47,672 bases of DNA from Candidatus Methylomirabilia bacterium (GCA_041492755.1 JBGPXN010000011.1:1-47672), one strand, 5' to 3'; counted from the first letter of the stretch, positions 12,092 through 23,727 are shown. Notes: a model not told the origin generated them from the sequence alone. Translations and numbers: made by a program.

Positions 12092-15000
12092 ATGTCCCAT
12101 GCCGAGTTCGTGCACCTCCATGTCCATTCGGAGTACAGCCTGCTCGACGGCGCCGCCCAGCTCGAGAAGCTGGTCAAGAAGGCGCGCGATCTCAAGTTCC
12201 CCGCGCTCGCGCTCACCGACCACGGCAACCTCTTCGGGGGCATCGACTTCTACCAGGCCGCGGTCAAGGCGGGCATCAAGCCGATTCTCGGTTGCGAGCT
12301 CTACGTAGCGCCCGGCGGGCGGACCGAGCGCGGCTCGCAAGACGGCGGCTACGAGGGCGCGAACCACCTCACCGTGCTCGTCCGGGATCTGACCGGGTAC
12401 CAGAATCTCATCAAGCTCGTCTCCAAGGCGTACCTCGAGGGCTTCTACTACAAGCCGCGCGTCGACAAGGAGCTGCTTGCCGCTCACGCCGGTGGCCTGC
12501 TCGTGCTGTCGGGTTGCCTGAACTCCGAAGTGTCGCGGCTGATCTCGGCCGGTGAGATCGATCGCGCCCGGACCGCGGCCGGGTGGTACCAGGACGTCTT
12601 CGGCCGCGACAACTACTTCATGGAGATCCAGGCTCACGGCCTGGACGAGCAGACGCGGGTGACGGCGGAGACGTTGCGCCTGGCCCAGGCGCTCGGCGCC
12701 CCGGTGGCGGGCACCAACGATTCGCACTACCTCGAGGCCGGGCACGGGCGGGCGCACGAGGCGCTGCTCTGCATCCAGACCGGCTCGACGCTCAACGATC
12801 CGAAGCGCTGGCGGTTCTCGACCCAGGAGTTCTACGTCAAGTCCGCGGAGGAGATGGCGAAGGTCTTCGCCGACGTCCCGGAGGCGTGTCGCAACACGCT
12901 CGCCGTCGCCGAGCGCTGCAACCTCACCCTCGAATTCGGCCGGTTCCACCTGCCGCGCTACCAGGTGCCGTCCAGCTACACGCTCGAGAGCTACCTCGAG
13001 CACCAGGCGCGGGAGGGGCTCGCCCGGCGCTACGGCCCGACCCCGGGCGACGCCGCCGAAGAACGGCTGAGACACGAGCTGTCGATCATCGAGAAGATGG
13101 GCTTTGCCGGCTACTTCCTGGTCGTGTGGGATTTCATCCACTACGCGCGCCAGCAGGGGATCGCCGTCGGCCCCGGCCGCGGCTCGTCCGCGGGCTCGCT
13201 CGTCGCCTATTGCCTGGGCATTACCAACGTCGATCCGCTGCGTTACGGCCTCTTGTTCGAGCGCTTTCTCAACCCCGAGCGCATCTCGATGCCCGATATG
13301 GACATCGACTTCGCGGACGACCGGCGCGACGAGGTCATCCGTTACGTGGCCGACAAGTACGGGCGCGATCGCGTGGCTCACATCATCACGTTCGGCACGC
13401 TCGGCGCCAAGGCGGCCATCCGCGACGTGGGCCGCGTGCTCGGCATGACCTACGCCGACGTCGACCGCATCGCCAAGCTCGTGCCCGGCTTCCCGCTCAA
13501 CATCACGCTCGACGACGCCTACCAGAAGTCGCCGCCGCTGGCCGAGATGGTGCGGAGCCAACCGGGGGTGCAGGAGCTCTGGGACATCGCGCGCGCGCTC
13601 GAGGGGTGCACGCGTCACGCGTCCGTGCACGCCTCCGCGGTCGTCATCTCGGACGAGGCGCTCGACCAGTACATCCCGCTCTACAAGGATCCCAAGCGCC
13701 CCGAGCTCATCACCGGCTACGCGATGGGCCCGATCGAGAAGCTCGGGCTGCTCAAGATGGACTTCCTCGGCCTGCGCACGCTGACCGTGCTGGCCAATAC
13801 GGTCGCGCTCATCAAGGAGTCGCGCGGCATCGACGTCGACCTCGATCAGCTACCCCTGGACGACGCCAGGGCCTACACGCTCCTGAGCGAGGCCAAGACG
13901 TTCGGCGTGTTCCAGCTGGAGTCCCCGGGCATGCGCGACGCGTTGCGCGGCCTGCGTCCCGAGCGTCTCGAGGACGTCATCGCGATGGTCTCGCTCTACC
14001 GGCCGGGCCCGATGGAGCTCATCCCCGACTTCATCGCGCGCAAGCACGGCCGGGCCAAGATCACCTACGAGCATCCCGCCATGGAGAAGTTCACGCGGGA
14101 GACGTACGGGATCATGGTGTACCAGGAGCAGATCATGCAGATCGCCTCCGAGATGGCGGGCTTCACCATGGGGGAGGCGGACACCCTCCGCCGGGCCATG
14201 GGCAAGAAGGACCGCGATCTCATGGCCACGCAGCGCGAGAAGTTCATCGTGGGCTGCGCCGAGCGCAAAATCCCGGGCGCCAAGGCCGAGACGGTCTGGG
14301 AGCTGATGGAGAAGTTCGCGGGCTACGGGTTCAACAAGTGCATCACCGGGGACTCGATGATCGAGATGGCGGACGGCTCTCGTAAGCCGATCATCGAAAT
14401 CGGCGACGGCGATCGGGTCATGACCAAGGACGGTCCCGCCACGGCGCGCCGCGTTCGACCGAGCGGGATTCGACGGGTTGGGCGTCTGCGGCTCGCTAAC
14501 GGCATGACGATTCGTTGCACGGCGGACCATCCGATCTTCACTCAGCGCGGGTGGGTGGACGCGTCCGAACTCACCGCCGATGATTTCGCCGCTGCGAGCC
14601 GATTTTTGCCGTGCGGAAGCCAACGCGTGCCGGAGCACTGGCCGGCACTTCTGGGCTATGCGCTATCCGAAGGCAGTCTCGGATACGAGAGCCACTTCTA
14701 CCTGTACTCCAGCGATGCTGACGAAGTCGAAGACATGCGCCGAATCCTCGATTGCTTTGGTAACACTGTCGCGCGGGTGGAGCCGCGTCGCGACCAAAGG
14801 GCGACCGCGGTCCGACCCGCTCGGCGCAACCGGGGCACGGCGTCTGAAGCGGTCGAGTTCCTGTTTCGGCGCTGTGGCTTACAGGGACAGAAGGCCCTTA
14901 CCAAGCGGGTGCCTTCGTTGGTGGACGGCTGGGATCGCGCGGCCGTCACTGTCCTGGTGGCTAAGCTACTGCAAGGTGACGGCTGCATCCACCCAGCCAC

Positions 15001-16843
15001 TCGCTCGGTTTTCTACGCCACGTCGAGTCCGGGGTTGGCCGAAGACGTAAGGCGCTTGTTCCTGAAGCTCGGATTGACCTGCACGGTTCACCGGAAGAGC
15101 TTCGCCTATCGCGGTACTCGGCGGCCCGGATACACCGTCAATCTACTCGGCGGTCGGGCGGCATTTTCACGACTGCAGACCCTTGTAGGGGCGCACCTGG
15201 TCGGGAGCAAGGCGACAGCGCTCGCGGGTCTCGTGGCTTCCTACGCCGGCACTCCTCGGCTGTTTGCGCGCGGAACCGTTGACGTCATTCCCCTCTCGCT
15301 CTGTCAGGCCGCGGTTCGTGAGGCGATCCTCAAGCATTTCCCCAGCCTCAAAGCCGGGTGTCGGGAGCTCGGGATCGCCTATCGACTACTCTTCGATGAA
15401 AGTGGGAAGGGCGGCCTTCGCCGCGATACCGTGGAGATGCTCGCCGAACGGCTCGACGCCCCTGTCCTCCACGCTCTTGTCGCATCCAGCATCGCGTGGT
15501 CGCGGCCGCGCGCTTTCGAGCCCGGAGGCGTCGAACCGACCTACGACTTCGAGGTCCCCGGCGCGCACAACTTCGTGGCCAACGGCATCGTCGTCCACAA
15601 CTCCCACGCCGCGGCCTACGCCCTGGTCGCGTACCAGACGGCGTACTTCAAGACGAACTACCCCGTCGAGTTCATGGCCGCCGTGCTCACGTCGGAAATG
15701 GGGGACACCGACAAGATCGTGAAGTACGTCGAGGAGTGCCGGGCGATGGAGATCCAGGTCCAGCCGCCCGACGTCAACGCCTCGTCCGTGCGCTTCAGCG
15801 TCGACGGCTCCACCATCCGCTTCGGCCTGGCCGCGATCAAGAACGTCGGCGAGGCGGCGATGGAATCGATCCTCGAGAGGCGCCGCGACCAGGGGCCGTT
15901 CAAGACGCTGGACGACTTCTGCACGCGCGTCGACCTGCGCCTCGTGAACCGGCGAGTGATCGAAAGCCTGATCAAGGCCGGCGCGCTGGACTCGCTGGGC
16001 CTGACGCGGGCGCATCTCCTGGCCAACCTCGACATCGCGCTCGACGCCGGCCAGCGGCAGCAGCGCGACCAGGCGGACGGCCAGGCGTCGTTCTTCGACC
16101 TCCTGCCCGCGCCGACGAGCGCGCCGCGGTTGGCGGAGCCCCCGGCGGTCATCGCGGAGTGGGAGACCGATCAGCGACTGCAGTACGAGAAGGAGGTGCT
16201 CGGCTTCTACGTCTCCGGCCATCCGCTGGCACGCTTCCGCCCGCTCGTCGAGTCGATCGGCGTCACGCCCATCGGCGAGCTTGGCGGCAAGGGCGGCGGC
16301 GCGCGCGTCCTCCTCTTCGGGCAGATCACGGCGCTCAAGGAGACCGTCACCAAGAGCGGCAACCGCATGGCCTTCGCCACCCTCGAGGACATCGACGGCA
16401 CCGTCGAGCTGACGATCTTCCCCGAGCCCTTCCGGCTCGCCGCCGACGTCTTGCGGGCGCGGGAGCCCATCCTGGTGCGCGGCCGCGTGGACGACGGCGA
16501 CAAGGGCCGCGTCATTCTCGCCGAGGACGTGCGCCCGCTGGAGCGGGCCCTCGAAGACGCGGCGGGGCGGGGGATGGAGCGCGCCGCCGCCGCCGTGCCG
16601 ACTGCGGTCCGGCTGCGGGTGAGACCGAGCGGTGACGTGCAGACCGCGCTGAGCGCGCTGCGCGCCGCCTGCGCGGCATCGCCCGGGACCGTACCGCTCT
16701 TCGTCCATCTCCTGCTGCCCGCGCACGAGATCGTCGTGCGAGCGCGGGGCGTGATGGTCGAGCCGTCGCGCGAGCTGTGCGAGCGGCTGGAGGGGCTGCT
16801 GGGCGCGGGGGGCGTGGTGGTGGAGCATGCCGGACGCCCTTGA
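12092..16843 (+). CDS. dnaE: DNA polymerase III alpha subunit, intein-containing
   Basis: PHP domain [33 protein letters not shown]-fold C-terminus. Confidence 0.98.
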   Translation: MSHAEFVHLHVHSEYSLLDGAAQLEKLVKKARDLKFPALALTDHGNLFGGIDFYQAAVKAGIKPILGCELYVAPGGRTERGSQDGGYEGANHLTVLVRDLTGYQNLIKLVSKAYLEGFYYKPRVDKELLAAHAGGLLVLSGCLNSEVSRLISAGEIDRARTAAGWYQDVFGRDNYFMEIQAHGLDEQTRVTAETLRLAQALGAPVAGTNDSHYLEAGHGRAHEALLCIQTGSTLNDPKRWRFSTQEFYVKSAEEMAKVFADVPEACRNTLAVAERCNLTLEFGRFHLPRYQVPSSYTLESYLEHQAREGLARRYGPTPGDAAEERLRHELSIIEKMGFAGYFLVVWDFIHYARQQGIAVGPGRGSSAGSLVAYCLGITNVDPLRYGLLFERFLNPERISMPDMDIDFADDRRDEVIRYVADKYGRDRVAHIITFGTLGAKAAIRDVGRVLGMTYADVDRIAKLVPGFPLNITLDDAYQKSPPLAEMVRSQPGVQELWDIARALEGCTRHASVHASAVVISDEALDQYIPLYKDPKRPELITGYAMGPIEKLGLLKMDFLGLRTLTVLANTVALIKESRGIDVDLDQLPLDDARAYTLLSEAKTFGVFQLESPGMRDALRGLRPERLEDVIAMVSLYRPGPMELIPDFIARKHGRAKITYEHPAMEKFTRETYGIMVYQEQIMQIASEMAGFTMGEADTLRRAMGKKDRDLMATQREKFIVGCAERKIPGAKAETVWELMEKFAGYGFNKCITGDSMIEMADGSRKPIIEIGDGDRVMTKDGPATARRVRPSGIRRVGRLRLANGMTIRCTADHPIFTQRGWVDASELTADDFAAASRFLPCGSQRVPEHWPALLGYALSEGSLGYESHFYLYSSDADEVEDMRRILDCFGNTVARVEPRRDQRATAVRPARRNRGTASEAVEFLFRRCGLQGQKALTKRVPSLVDGWDRAAVTVLVAKLLQGDGCIHPATRSVFYATSSPGLAEDVRRLFLKLGLTCTVHRKSFAYRGTRRPGYTVNLLGGRAAFSRLQTLVGAHLVGSKATALAGLVASYAGTPRLFARGTVDVIPLSLCQAAVREAILKHFPSLKAGCRELGIAYRLLFDESGKGGLRRDTVEMLAERLDAPVLHALVASSIAWSRPRAFEPGGVEPTYDFEVPGAHNFVANGIVVHNSHAAAYALVAYQTAYFKTNYPVEFMAAVLTSEMGDTDKIVKYVEECRAMEIQVQPPDVNASSVRFSVDGSTIRFGLAAIKNVGEAAMESILERRRDQGPFKTLDDFCTRVDLRLVNRRVIESLIKAGALDSLGLTRAHLLANLDIALDAGQRQQRDQADGQASFFDLLPAPTSAPRLAEPPAVIAEWETDQRLQYEKEVLGFYVSGHPLARFRPLVESIGVTPIGELGGKGGGARVLLFGQITALKETVTKSGNRMAFATLEDIDGTVELTIFPEPFRLAADVLRAREPILVRGRVDDGDKGRVILAEDVRPLERALEDAAGRGMERAAAAVPTAVRLRVRPSGDVQTALSALRAACAASPGTVPLFVHLLLPAHEIVVRARGVMVEPSRELCERLEGLLGAGGVVVEHAGRP
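14339..15601 (+). mobile_element. Intein with LAGLIDADG homing endonuclease (421 aa) in dnaE
   Basis: Splits YGFNK|SHAAAY; starts CITGDS, block [18 protein letters not shown]-like [10 protein letters not shown] and [12 protein letters not shown], ends VVHN before Ser+1; weaker GC3 bias than the exteins. Confidence 0.95.
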
Positions 16844-17792
16844 CTTCGAGAAGCCGCTGCTCGCGGTGGAGACGCGCCTCGCGGAGCTGCGCGCGCAGGA
16901 TCAGACGCCGGGCACGCGGGAAGAGATCGCCAAGCTCCAAGAGCGGCTGACCCGTCTCGGCCAGCGCATCTACGCCGGGCTCACCCCGTGGCAACGCACC
17001 CAGCTCGCGCGTCACCCGCGGCGCCCGCACACCCGCGACTACTGCAAGCTCCTCTTCGACGACTTCATCGAAGTCCACGGCGACCGCCTCTACGGTGACG
17101 ATCCCGCCGTCGTCGGCGGGCTCGCCCGGTTCGAGGGCCGTAGCGTCGTCGTCATCGGTCACGAGAAGGGACGGGAGACCCGGGAGAAGATCGCCCGCAA
17201 CTTCGGGATGCCGCACCCCGAGGGCTATCGCAAGGCGCGGCGGCTCATGTATCTCGCCGAGAAGTTTGCCAAGCCGATCATCACCTTCATCGACACGCCC
17301 GGCGCCTACCCGGGGATCGGCGCCGAGGAGCGTGGACAGGCCGAGGCCATTGCCCGCAATCTGCAGGCGATGTCGGGACTGCGGACGCCGATCGTGGCGG
17401 TGGTGACGGGCGAGGGCGGCAGTGGCGGCGCGCTCGCGATCGGCATGGGCAATCGGGTCCTCATGCTCGAGCACGCCGTCTATTCCGTGATCTCGCCGGA
17501 AGGCTGCGCGGCCATCCTGTGGTCCGACGCCGCCAAGGCGTCCGAAGCCGCGGCCCTGATGCGGATCACCGCGCCCGACCTGTTCCGGCTCGGCGTCATC
17601 GACGGGATCGTGCCCGAACCGATGGGTGGCGCCCATCGCGACTGGGAGGGGGCGGCCGCCCGTCTCCGCGAGGCGCTGCGCGGCCAGCTCGCCTCGCTCG
17701 CCGATCGGTCGGCGGGCGCGCTGGTGACCGAGCGGTACGAGCGGTTCCGGCGAATAGGAGTGTTCGAGGAAGAGCTCGAGCCGCGCGCCTAG
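16827..17792 (+). CDS. accA: Acetyl-CoA carboxylase carboxyltransferase alpha
   Basis: [48 protein letters not shown]. Confidence 0.97.
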   Translation: MPDALDFEKPLLAVETRLAELRAQDQTPGTREEIAKLQERLTRLGQRIYAGLTPWQRTQLARHPRRPHTRDYCKLLFDDFIEVHGDRLYGDDPAVVGGLARFEGRSVVVIGHEKGRETREKIARNFGMPHPEGYRKARRLMYLAEKFAKPIITFIDTPGAYPGIGAEERGQAEAIARNLQAMSGLRTPIVAVVTGEGGSGGALAIGMGNRVLMLEHAVYSVISPEGCAAILWSDAAKASEAAALMRITAPDLFRLGVIDGIVPEPMGGAHRDWEGAAARLREALRGQLASLADRSAGALVTERYERFRRIGVFEEELEPRA

Positions 17793-18790
17793 GGCTGGGA
17801 CTGGGCGCGCAGGACACCCTCGGCGGCGTCCTCGTCGGTGATCAGCGCGTTCATGAAGTGGCCGCGGAGCGCGCCGAGCACCGCATCGACCTTCGACCGG
17901 CCCCCCGCCACCGCGATGACGTGGCGGTCTTCCCGCCGCGACAACGCCTGCAGCCGCCCCCCGTCGACCGAGAGCACGCGATGGGTGAGCACGCGCAGCT
18001 CCGGGCGGTCGACGATCTGCCCGTTCGAATCGAACGGCTGGTAGTTGATCTCACCCACCACCCCGAGCTGGCGCAGGCGCTTGACGCTCACGCCGTAGGA
18101 CTCGGCGAGCGCGCAGAACCCCGGCGTCTGCTCGACGATCTGTCCGATGCCGCAGAGGGCGATGTGGACGTCTTGCGCGGCCTCGAAGATCCGGCGCACG
18201 TCGGGGTCGCGGAGCAGCCGGCGCCGCTCGCGCTCGATCTCGCGCACGGAGGTCAGGTGCTGCACGGGCAGGGCGTACGCGCTCACGTGCGGGCGATACT
18301 TCGCCGCCATCATGCCGACCATGGTGTTCGGCGAGATGTCCACCATCTCCAGGTTGCTCTCGCCGGAGAGGGGATAGAGGGTGAGGTCCCGCACCCGGCG
18401 CTCGTGGAGCGACCGGATCGTCTGGTAGAGCGTGTAGCCGCAAGACAGCCCGACCCGCATCCCGTTGCCGACGATCTTCTCGAAATACGCGGCCGCCGCC
18501 ACCCCGAGCTGTTCCTTCACGTTGCCCCGGCCCCCGGACGCGATCACGACCGCGTCGCGGAGGCCGAAGCGTTCCGCCAGCGCCGTTTCCAGCTCCTGGG
18601 TGCGTGGGAGGTCCAGTTCGACACGCACGAGCCCATCGTCGAAGGCGCGCTTGAGCAGACGGGACACGGTCGCCGCCGACACCCCGAGCGTCTCGGCAAT
18701 GTCTTTCTGGCTGCACCCTTGGCGGTAATACAGCTCCAGGCACTGGACCATCTGGCGGAGCTCGCGGGGCCGGTGAGAAATTAATTTCAT
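17789..18790 (-). CDS. SorC/DeoR/CggR/LsrR-family sugar-phosphate-binding transcriptional regulator
   Basis: N-terminal [25 protein letters not shown]; sugar-binding domain [27 protein letters not shown]. Confidence 0.92.
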   Translation of the reverse strand: MKLISHRPRELRQMVQCLELYYRQGCSQKDIAETLGVSAATVSRLLKRAFDDGLVRVELDLPRTQELETALAERFGLRDAVVIASGGRGNVKEQLGVAAAAYFEKIVGNGMRVGLSCGYTLYQTIRSLHERRVRDLTLYPLSGESNLEMVDISPNTMVGMMAAKYRPHVSAYALPVQHLTSVREIERERRRLLRDPDVRRIFEAAQDVHIALCGIGQIVEQTPGFCALAESYGVSVKRLRQLGVVGEINYQPFDSNGQIVDRPELRVLTHRVLSVDGGRLQALSRREDRHVIAVAGGRSKVDAVLGALRGHFMNALITDEDAAEGVLRAQSQP

Positions 18791-18794
18791 GGCC

Positions 18795-18866
18795 GTCAAT
18801 ATCTTGCTTGACCTGGTCCAGTCTACGTCGCTATTCTTTTCTTCGTCACGCGAGTTTTACTTTTAC
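18795..18866. promoter_or_regulatory. Divergent control region: sigma70 promoter for the FBP aldolase/phosphatase plus candidate operator
   Basis: TTGACC-N18-TATTCT (18808-18837); inverted repeat GTCAA-N8-TTGAC (18795-18812) overlapping the -35; direct repeat TTTTAC TTTTAC (18855-18866); RBS AAAGGAGG before ATG 18889. Confidence 0.55.
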
Positions 18867-18888
18867 TCACCGACCAAAGGAGGCAGGT

Positions 18889-20415
18889 ATGGGCGTCAAA
18901 GGATACGGGCCGTCCCCCGGGCAGAAGCCGACGCCGCTCACCGAATATCACCAGTCGAAGGACGAGCTGGCCGGCCTCCCGCAGACGCTCGCGGAAAAGA
19001 TTCCCGTCACCAACACCCCCAACATTTTCTCGTACCGCTCTTACATCTTCTCGAAGAACCCCGCCCTCGTGCAGCGCTACATCAAGGCCACCAAGGCCGA
19101 CGTGGGCGGCGTGGGCGGCCACGTCGTCGCCGCCGACGAAGTCAAGTCGATCATGGCCAAGTTCGTCCTCGAGAACAATAGCTACCGCGGCGAGCCGATC
19201 TTCACCTCGCTCATCGTCACCCACACCGGCGACGACTGCGCGGTCACCGGCATCATGGCCGAGACCGTGGACATGGGCGTGGTGGACGAGCTCATGTGGG
19301 ACGCGCTCCAGGAGGGCGCCAGCAAGGCGGCCGAGCTCGGTCTGTACGGCCCCGGCCAGGACCTCGTGGCCGACGCCTTCACCGGCAACCTGCGCGGCGC
19401 CGGCCCCGCCACCGTCGCGCTGCCGTTCCCCGTGCGCAAAGACAACCCGTCCCAGACCGTCCTCCTCTCCTTCGCCGACAAGACCGAGCCCATGGCGTTC
19501 AACCACTACGCCACCGGCGCCTACATGCTGCCCCGCTTCAACACCGGGCTCATCATCGCCGCCTCCAAGATGAAGCGCGGCTACCTCTTCGACATCGTCG
19601 ACCTCGACACCAAGGCCCAGGCGGTGGAGGCCGGCGCGCATCCTCGCGACCAGAAGGCGCTCGACGCGAAGATGGAGGAGCTCGCCAAGGGGCTGCAGGA
19701 AAAGGTGATCACCCTGGGCGCGCCCGAGGACCTCTACGATATCGAGGGCCTCACGCGCTCTTCGCGCTTCGTCGTCGCGCGCATCTGGAGCCGCAACGAC
19801 AAGGGGGAGAAGGACCAGCTCGGCTACATCTGCTCCGCGGAGCGGCTGCACAACATCAAGACCAAGAAGGGGTTCACCTACGGCGGCAAGGACGATCCGG
19901 TGCTGCTCGGCTTCTGCCAGGGCGATTGGCCGGCGCCGGGCGAGATCACCTCGCCGTGGGCGACGGCGCCCATGGTGGCCGGTGACTGCCGCGGCAGCCA
20001 CAACCTGCACATCCTGCCGCTGCCGATCAACTCGCAGACGTCGTACTGGTCGGGCCCGATCCTGTCCGCCGTCACGCTGTCCTGCAACATCCACACGGGT
20101 CGCATCGGGGCCATCTCCGACCAGTTCGCGCTCGGCACGCCGTGGGACGAGGTGCGCCGCACCGCCTCGCAGCTGGCCATCCAGTTCCGTCACGCGCACG
20201 GGGTCAAGCAGCCGGCCACGCTGCACGAGGACGAGCTCGAGTACCAGGAAGGCTGGAAGGAGCGGCGGGCACGCCTCGAGCGCCAGTTCGAGTGGAAGCC
20301 GCCCCTGACGTTCGGCAGTGGCAACGGTAACGGCCATCGCGCCGACGGCCACGGCGCCGGCCGCCCGCAGGCAGCGGCCGGCCGCACCGCGGGTCGGCCG
20401 GAAGAGATCGATTGA
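18889..20415 (+). CDS. fbp: Divergent fructose-1,6-bisphosphate aldolase/phosphatase (class V FBPase family)
   Basis: KADVGGVGGH, HTGDD, LGLYGPGQDLVADAFTGNLRGAGP, FADKTEP, YGGKDDPV (Schiff-base Tyr/Lys loop), RGSHN, ELEY. Confidence 0.88.
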   Translation: MGVKGYGPSPGQKPTPLTEYHQSKDELAGLPQTLAEKIPVTNTPNIFSYRSYIFSKNPALVQRYIKATKADVGGVGGHVVAADEVKSIMAKFVLENNSYRGEPIFTSLIVTHTGDDCAVTGIMAETVDMGVVDELMWDALQEGASKAAELGLYGPGQDLVADAFTGNLRGAGPATVALPFPVRKDNPSQTVLLSFADKTEPMAFNHYATGAYMLPRFNTGLIIAASKMKRGYLFDIVDLDTKAQAVEAGAHPRDQKALDAKMEELAKGLQEKVITLGAPEDLYDIEGLTRSSRFVVARIWSRNDKGEKDQLGYICSAERLHNIKTKKGFTYGGKDDPVLLGFCQGDWPAPGEITSPWATAPMVAGDCRGSHNLHILPLPINSQTSYWSGPILSAVTLSCNIHTGRIGAISDQFALGTPWDEVRRTASQLAIQFRHAHGVKQPATLHEDELEYQEGWKERRARLERQFEWKPPLTFGSGNGNGHRADGHGAGRPQAAAGRTAGRPEEID

Positions 20416-20418
20416 ATA

Positions 20419-20540
20419 CATGGGGGGCCCCGAGATGGCCCCCCATACCCCCCTTCCGCTCGGAAGCGCCCCGGGAAACCCGGGGCGCTCCGTTCGTCTA
20501 CACATGAGGGGCCCCGATATGTTCCCGCACACCCTCTGAG
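20419..20540 (-). repeat. Dispersed modular palindromic intergenic repeat, copy 1 (inverted relative to copies 2 and 3)
   Basis: CATGGGGGGCCCCGAGATGGCCCCCCATACCCCCC, hairpin GCGCCCCGGG-AAA-CCCGGGGCGC, end ACACCCTCTGA; reverse complement matches 33586-33728 and 36624-36717. Confidence 0.85.
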
Positions 20541-20719
20541 CGGGCGGTAGCGGACCGCGAAACAGCGCGGGGGACGGCGGCGCCGACGGGTGCGGCCATC
20601 TCTCGCGTCCGGTCAGATCGGCCGAACGATCGGTGGCGGTGCCCAATGTTGGCGCTGGTTTGACTTCGCTTCACCCCGATGCTACGGTCGGGATCGAACG
20701 CGCAAGTGCGCGACGCTGC

Positions 20720-22063
20720 ATGGCGAAACTCCATCTCATCACGTACGGCTGCCAGATGAACGAGTACGACTCCGAGCGCGTGGCGGGCCTGCTGCGCGAG
20801 GAGCAGTACGAGCTCACCGACGACGAGACGCAAGCCGATCTCATTCTCCTCAACACCTGCGCCATCCGCGAGAAGGCCGAGGACAAAGTCTTCTCGAAGC
20901 TCGGCGAGCTCAAGAGCCTCAAGCGGCGCAAGCCCGACCTCCTCGTCGGGGTGATGGGGTGCATGGCGCAGCTGCACCAGGCGGAGATCCAGCGACGCGC
21001 GCCCGTGGTCGACCTCGTCTTCGGCTCACCCGCCATCGCCCGTGTCGCTGAGCTGGTGGCGCGCGTGAAGCGCGAGGGCCGTCGCGTGCTCGAGACCGGC
21101 GAGGCGCCGCTCGTGAAGCTCACGGCGCGCCCGGCCTCGGCGTCGCGGCTCAAGGCCTACGTCACGGTGATGGAAGGCTGCGAGAAGCACTGCACGTTCT
21201 GCGTGGTGCCGGTCACGCGTGGCCGCGAGCGAAGCCATGCGCCGGCGGCGGTGGTCACCGAAGTGCGCGAGCTTGCCCGCGAGGGCTGCCGTGACGTTAC
21301 GTTGCTGGGGCAGACCGTGAACGCCTATGGGCGCGACCTCACCCCGCCGACCGACCTGGCCGCGCTGTTCGAAGCGGTGAACGACGTCGACGGCATCGCC
21401 CGCATCCGCTTCACGACGTCCAACCCCTACAACCTGACCACGCGGCTCATCCGGGCCATCCGCGACGTGCCGAAGGTGTGCGAGTACTTCCATCTCCCGC
21501 TGCAGTCCGGATCCAACCGCATCCTGGACGAAATGAACCGCGGCTACACGCGCGAGCGGTACCTCGAGCTCATCGCCGAGTTGCGGGAGACGGTCCCGGG
21601 CATCGCGCTGTCGACGGACCTCATCGTCGGCTTCCCGGGCGAGACCGAGGCCGACTTCGAGGCGACGCTGGCGATGGTGGAGCGCATCGGCTACGACAAC
21701 GTCTTCGTCTTTCGCTATTCACCGCGTCCGGGCACGCCGGCCGCGGCCATGCTCGATCAGGTCCCGGCGGAGGTCAAGGCGCGGCGAAATGCGGCGCTGC
21801 TCGGCGTCACCAACCGGGTGGCGATGGAGCGCAGCCGGACCCTGGTCGGCCGGACCGTGGAGGTCCTCGTCGACGGCGCCGCCAAGCGGGACGCCGGCGA
21901 GCTGGCCGGCCGCACGCGCTGCAACCGCGTGGTGAACTTCCCGGGCGACGGCCGGGCCGCCGTGGGCGACGTCGTACAGGTGCAGATTACCGAGGCGCTC
22001 CCGCACAGTCTGCGCGGCGGCCTCGTGCGAGATCCGGAGGAGAGCGCATGTTTGTCGAGATGA
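20720..22063 (+). CDS. miaB: tRNA-2-methylthio-N6-isopentenyladenosine synthase (radical SAM)
   Basis: TYGCQMNEYDS, NTCAIREKAE, CEKHCTFC, LLGQTVN, C-terminal TRAM domain; upstream TTGACT-N17-TACGGT at 20660-20688. Confidence 0.96.
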   Translation: MAKLHLITYGCQMNEYDSERVAGLLREEQYELTDDETQADLILLNTCAIREKAEDKVFSKLGELKSLKRRKPDLLVGVMGCMAQLHQAEIQRRAPVVDLVFGSPAIARVAELVARVKREGRRVLETGEAPLVKLTARPASASRLKAYVTVMEGCEKHCTFCVVPVTRGRERSHAPAAVVTEVRELAREGCRDVTLLGQTVNAYGRDLTPPTDLAALFEAVNDVDGIARIRFTTSNPYNLTTRLIRAIRDVPKVCEYFHLPLQSGSNRILDEMNRGYTRERYLELIAELRETVPGIALSTDLIVGFPGETEADFEATLAMVERIGYDNVFVFRYSPRPGTPAAAMLDQVPAEVKARRNAALLGVTNRVAMERSRTLVGRTVEVLVDGAAKRDAGELAGRTRCNRVVNFPGDGRAAVGDVVQVQITEALPHSLRGGLVRDPEESACLSR

Positions 22064-22554
22064 AGGTCCGCGGCCTGGCGCTGGATCCAATGTCCAACAT
22101 GCCGATCATCATCCTCCGCGACGAGGAGGACAAGCGCTCGCTGCCCATCTGGGTGGGAATCTTCGAGGCCAACGCCATCGCCCTCGAGCTGGAGAAGATC
22201 GCCACGCCCCGGCCCATGACCCACGACCTCATCAAGAACATCCTCGAGACGGTAACGGCCAAGCTGCTCAAGATCGTGGTCACCGACCTCAAGGAGAACA
22301 CGTTCTTCGCCGTCCTCCATCTGCAGCTGGGCGACACCGAGTACACGGTGGACTCCCGACCCTCCGACGCCATCGCGCTCGCGCTGCGGGCGGCCGCGCC
22401 CATCTACGTGGACGAGGAAGTCGTGCGGAAGGCCAAGACCCTCGACGTCGCCACCAAGGAGACGGAGACGGCCCAGGCCGACGATCCCGAGCAGGTCAAG
22501 GAGTGGCTCGGGAAGCTCAAGCCGGAGGATTTCGAGAAGTTCAACAAAGCCTAG
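22048..22554 (+). CDS. Bifunctional nuclease family protein (DUF151)
   Basis: LPIWVGIFEANAI, PRPMTHDL, DSRPSDAIALA. Confidence 0.93.
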   Translation: MFVEMKVRGLALDPMSNMPIIILRDEEDKRSLPIWVGIFEANAIALELEKIATPRPMTHDLIKNILETVTAKLLKIVVTDLKENTFFAVLHLQLGDTEYTVDSRPSDAIALALRAAAPIYVDEEVVRKAKTLDVATKETETAQADDPEQVKEWLGKLKPEDFEKFNKA

Positions 22555-22566
22555 CGGGCGGGCCGG

Positions 22567-23727
22567 GTGCGCGTCGCGCTCTTCACCAACAACTACATGC
22601 CGTTCTGTGGAGGCGTCACCATCTCGGTGGAGACGCTCCGCCAGGGGCTCGAGGCCGCCGGCCACGAAGCGTGGGTCTTCGCGCCCCGCTTTCCGCGCGC
22701 CACCGACGTCGGCCCCCGCATCGTCCGCTACCCCTCGTTACCGGCCGGAACCTATCCGGAGTTCGCGCTCGCCGTCCCGTACGGGCGCCGGATCGCCCGG
22801 CGGGTGGCGAACCTCCGCTTCGACGTCTTCCACGCGCACCATCCGTTCCTGCTCGGGCCGACCGCGCGACGGCTGGCCCGCCGCCAGGGCCGGCCGCTGG
22901 TCTTCACGTACCACACGCGCTACGAGAAGTACGCCCACTACGTGCCGTTCAAGCGCTCGCTGGTGGAAGCGCTCGCCGTCCGCCTCAGCACGCGCTTCGC
23001 CGCGCGGGCCGACGCCGTCCTCGCGCCGTCCGCCATCCTCCGTGACGAGCTGCGCGCGCGCGGCGTGCGCGCCCCCATCGCGGTGGTGCCCACGGGGGTC
23101 GACGTCACGCGCTTTCGCCCCGGTGACCGGGAGGGCGCGCGCCGCGCCCTCGGCCTCGGCGCCGACGAGCGCATCGTGCTCTACGTGGGCCGGCTCGATC
23201 GAGAGAAGAGCGTGGACCGGATCCTGAGCGCTTTCGAGCGCGTTGCCGGCACCGTGCCGGGGACACGGCTGCTGCTGGTCGGCCACGGCACCCAGGCCGA
23301 GCAGCTGCGACGGCGGGCGCACGCCTCGCCCGTCGCCGCGCGTGTGCGGTTCGACGGAGTCCAGCCGCATGCCGAGCTGCCGCCGTACTACCGCGCCGCC
23401 GACGTCTTCGTGTTCGCCTCGGAGACCGAGACCCAGGGCCTCGTGCTCGCCGAGGCCGCCGCCTGCGGCTTGCCCGCGGTGGCCGTGAGCGCGCCCGGTT
23501 GTGACGAGGTCGTCCGCGACGGCGAGACCGGCCTGCTCACCAAGGTGGATGCCGCGGCGCTCGGCGACGCCGTGATTGGATTGCTGCTGGATACGGAGCG
23601 CCGCGCGGCGATGGCCGGTCGCGCGCGGGAGATCGCCGAGCAGCAGTTCGACGTGCGACTCCAGATCGAGCGGACGCTCGCCGTCTATGCGGAGGCGATC
23701 GCCGCCGCCGGACGGAGCGTCCGCTGA
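22567..23727 (+). CDS. Glycosyltransferase family 4 (GT-B)
   Basis: FTNNYMP..GGV, VFTYHTRYE, YVGRLDREK, SETETQGLVLAEA. Confidence 0.92.
   Translation: MRVALFTNNYMPFCGGVTISVETLRQGLEAAGHEAWVFAPRFPRATDVGPRIVRYPSLPAGTYPEFALAVPYGRRIARRVANLRFDVFHAHHPFLLGPTARRLARRQGRPLVFTYHTRYEKYAHYVPFKRSLVEALAVRLSTRFAARADAVLAPSAILRDELRARGVRAPIAVVPTGVDVTRFRPGDREGARRALGLGADERIVLYVGRLDREKSVDRILSAFERVAGTVPGTRLLLVGHGTQAEQLRRRAHASPVAARVRFDGVQPHAELPPYYRAADVFVFASETETQGLVLAEAAACGLPAVAVSAPGCDEVVRDGETGLLTKVDAAALGDAVIGLLLDTERRAAMAGRAREIAEQQFDVRLQIERTLAVYAEAIAAAGRSVR

Noticed and set aside
20419..20540. Repeat-spacer-repeat appearance suggesting a mini CRISPR array
   Set aside because: Only two degenerate units, the spacer is itself a conserved hairpin found in another copy, and there are no cas genes
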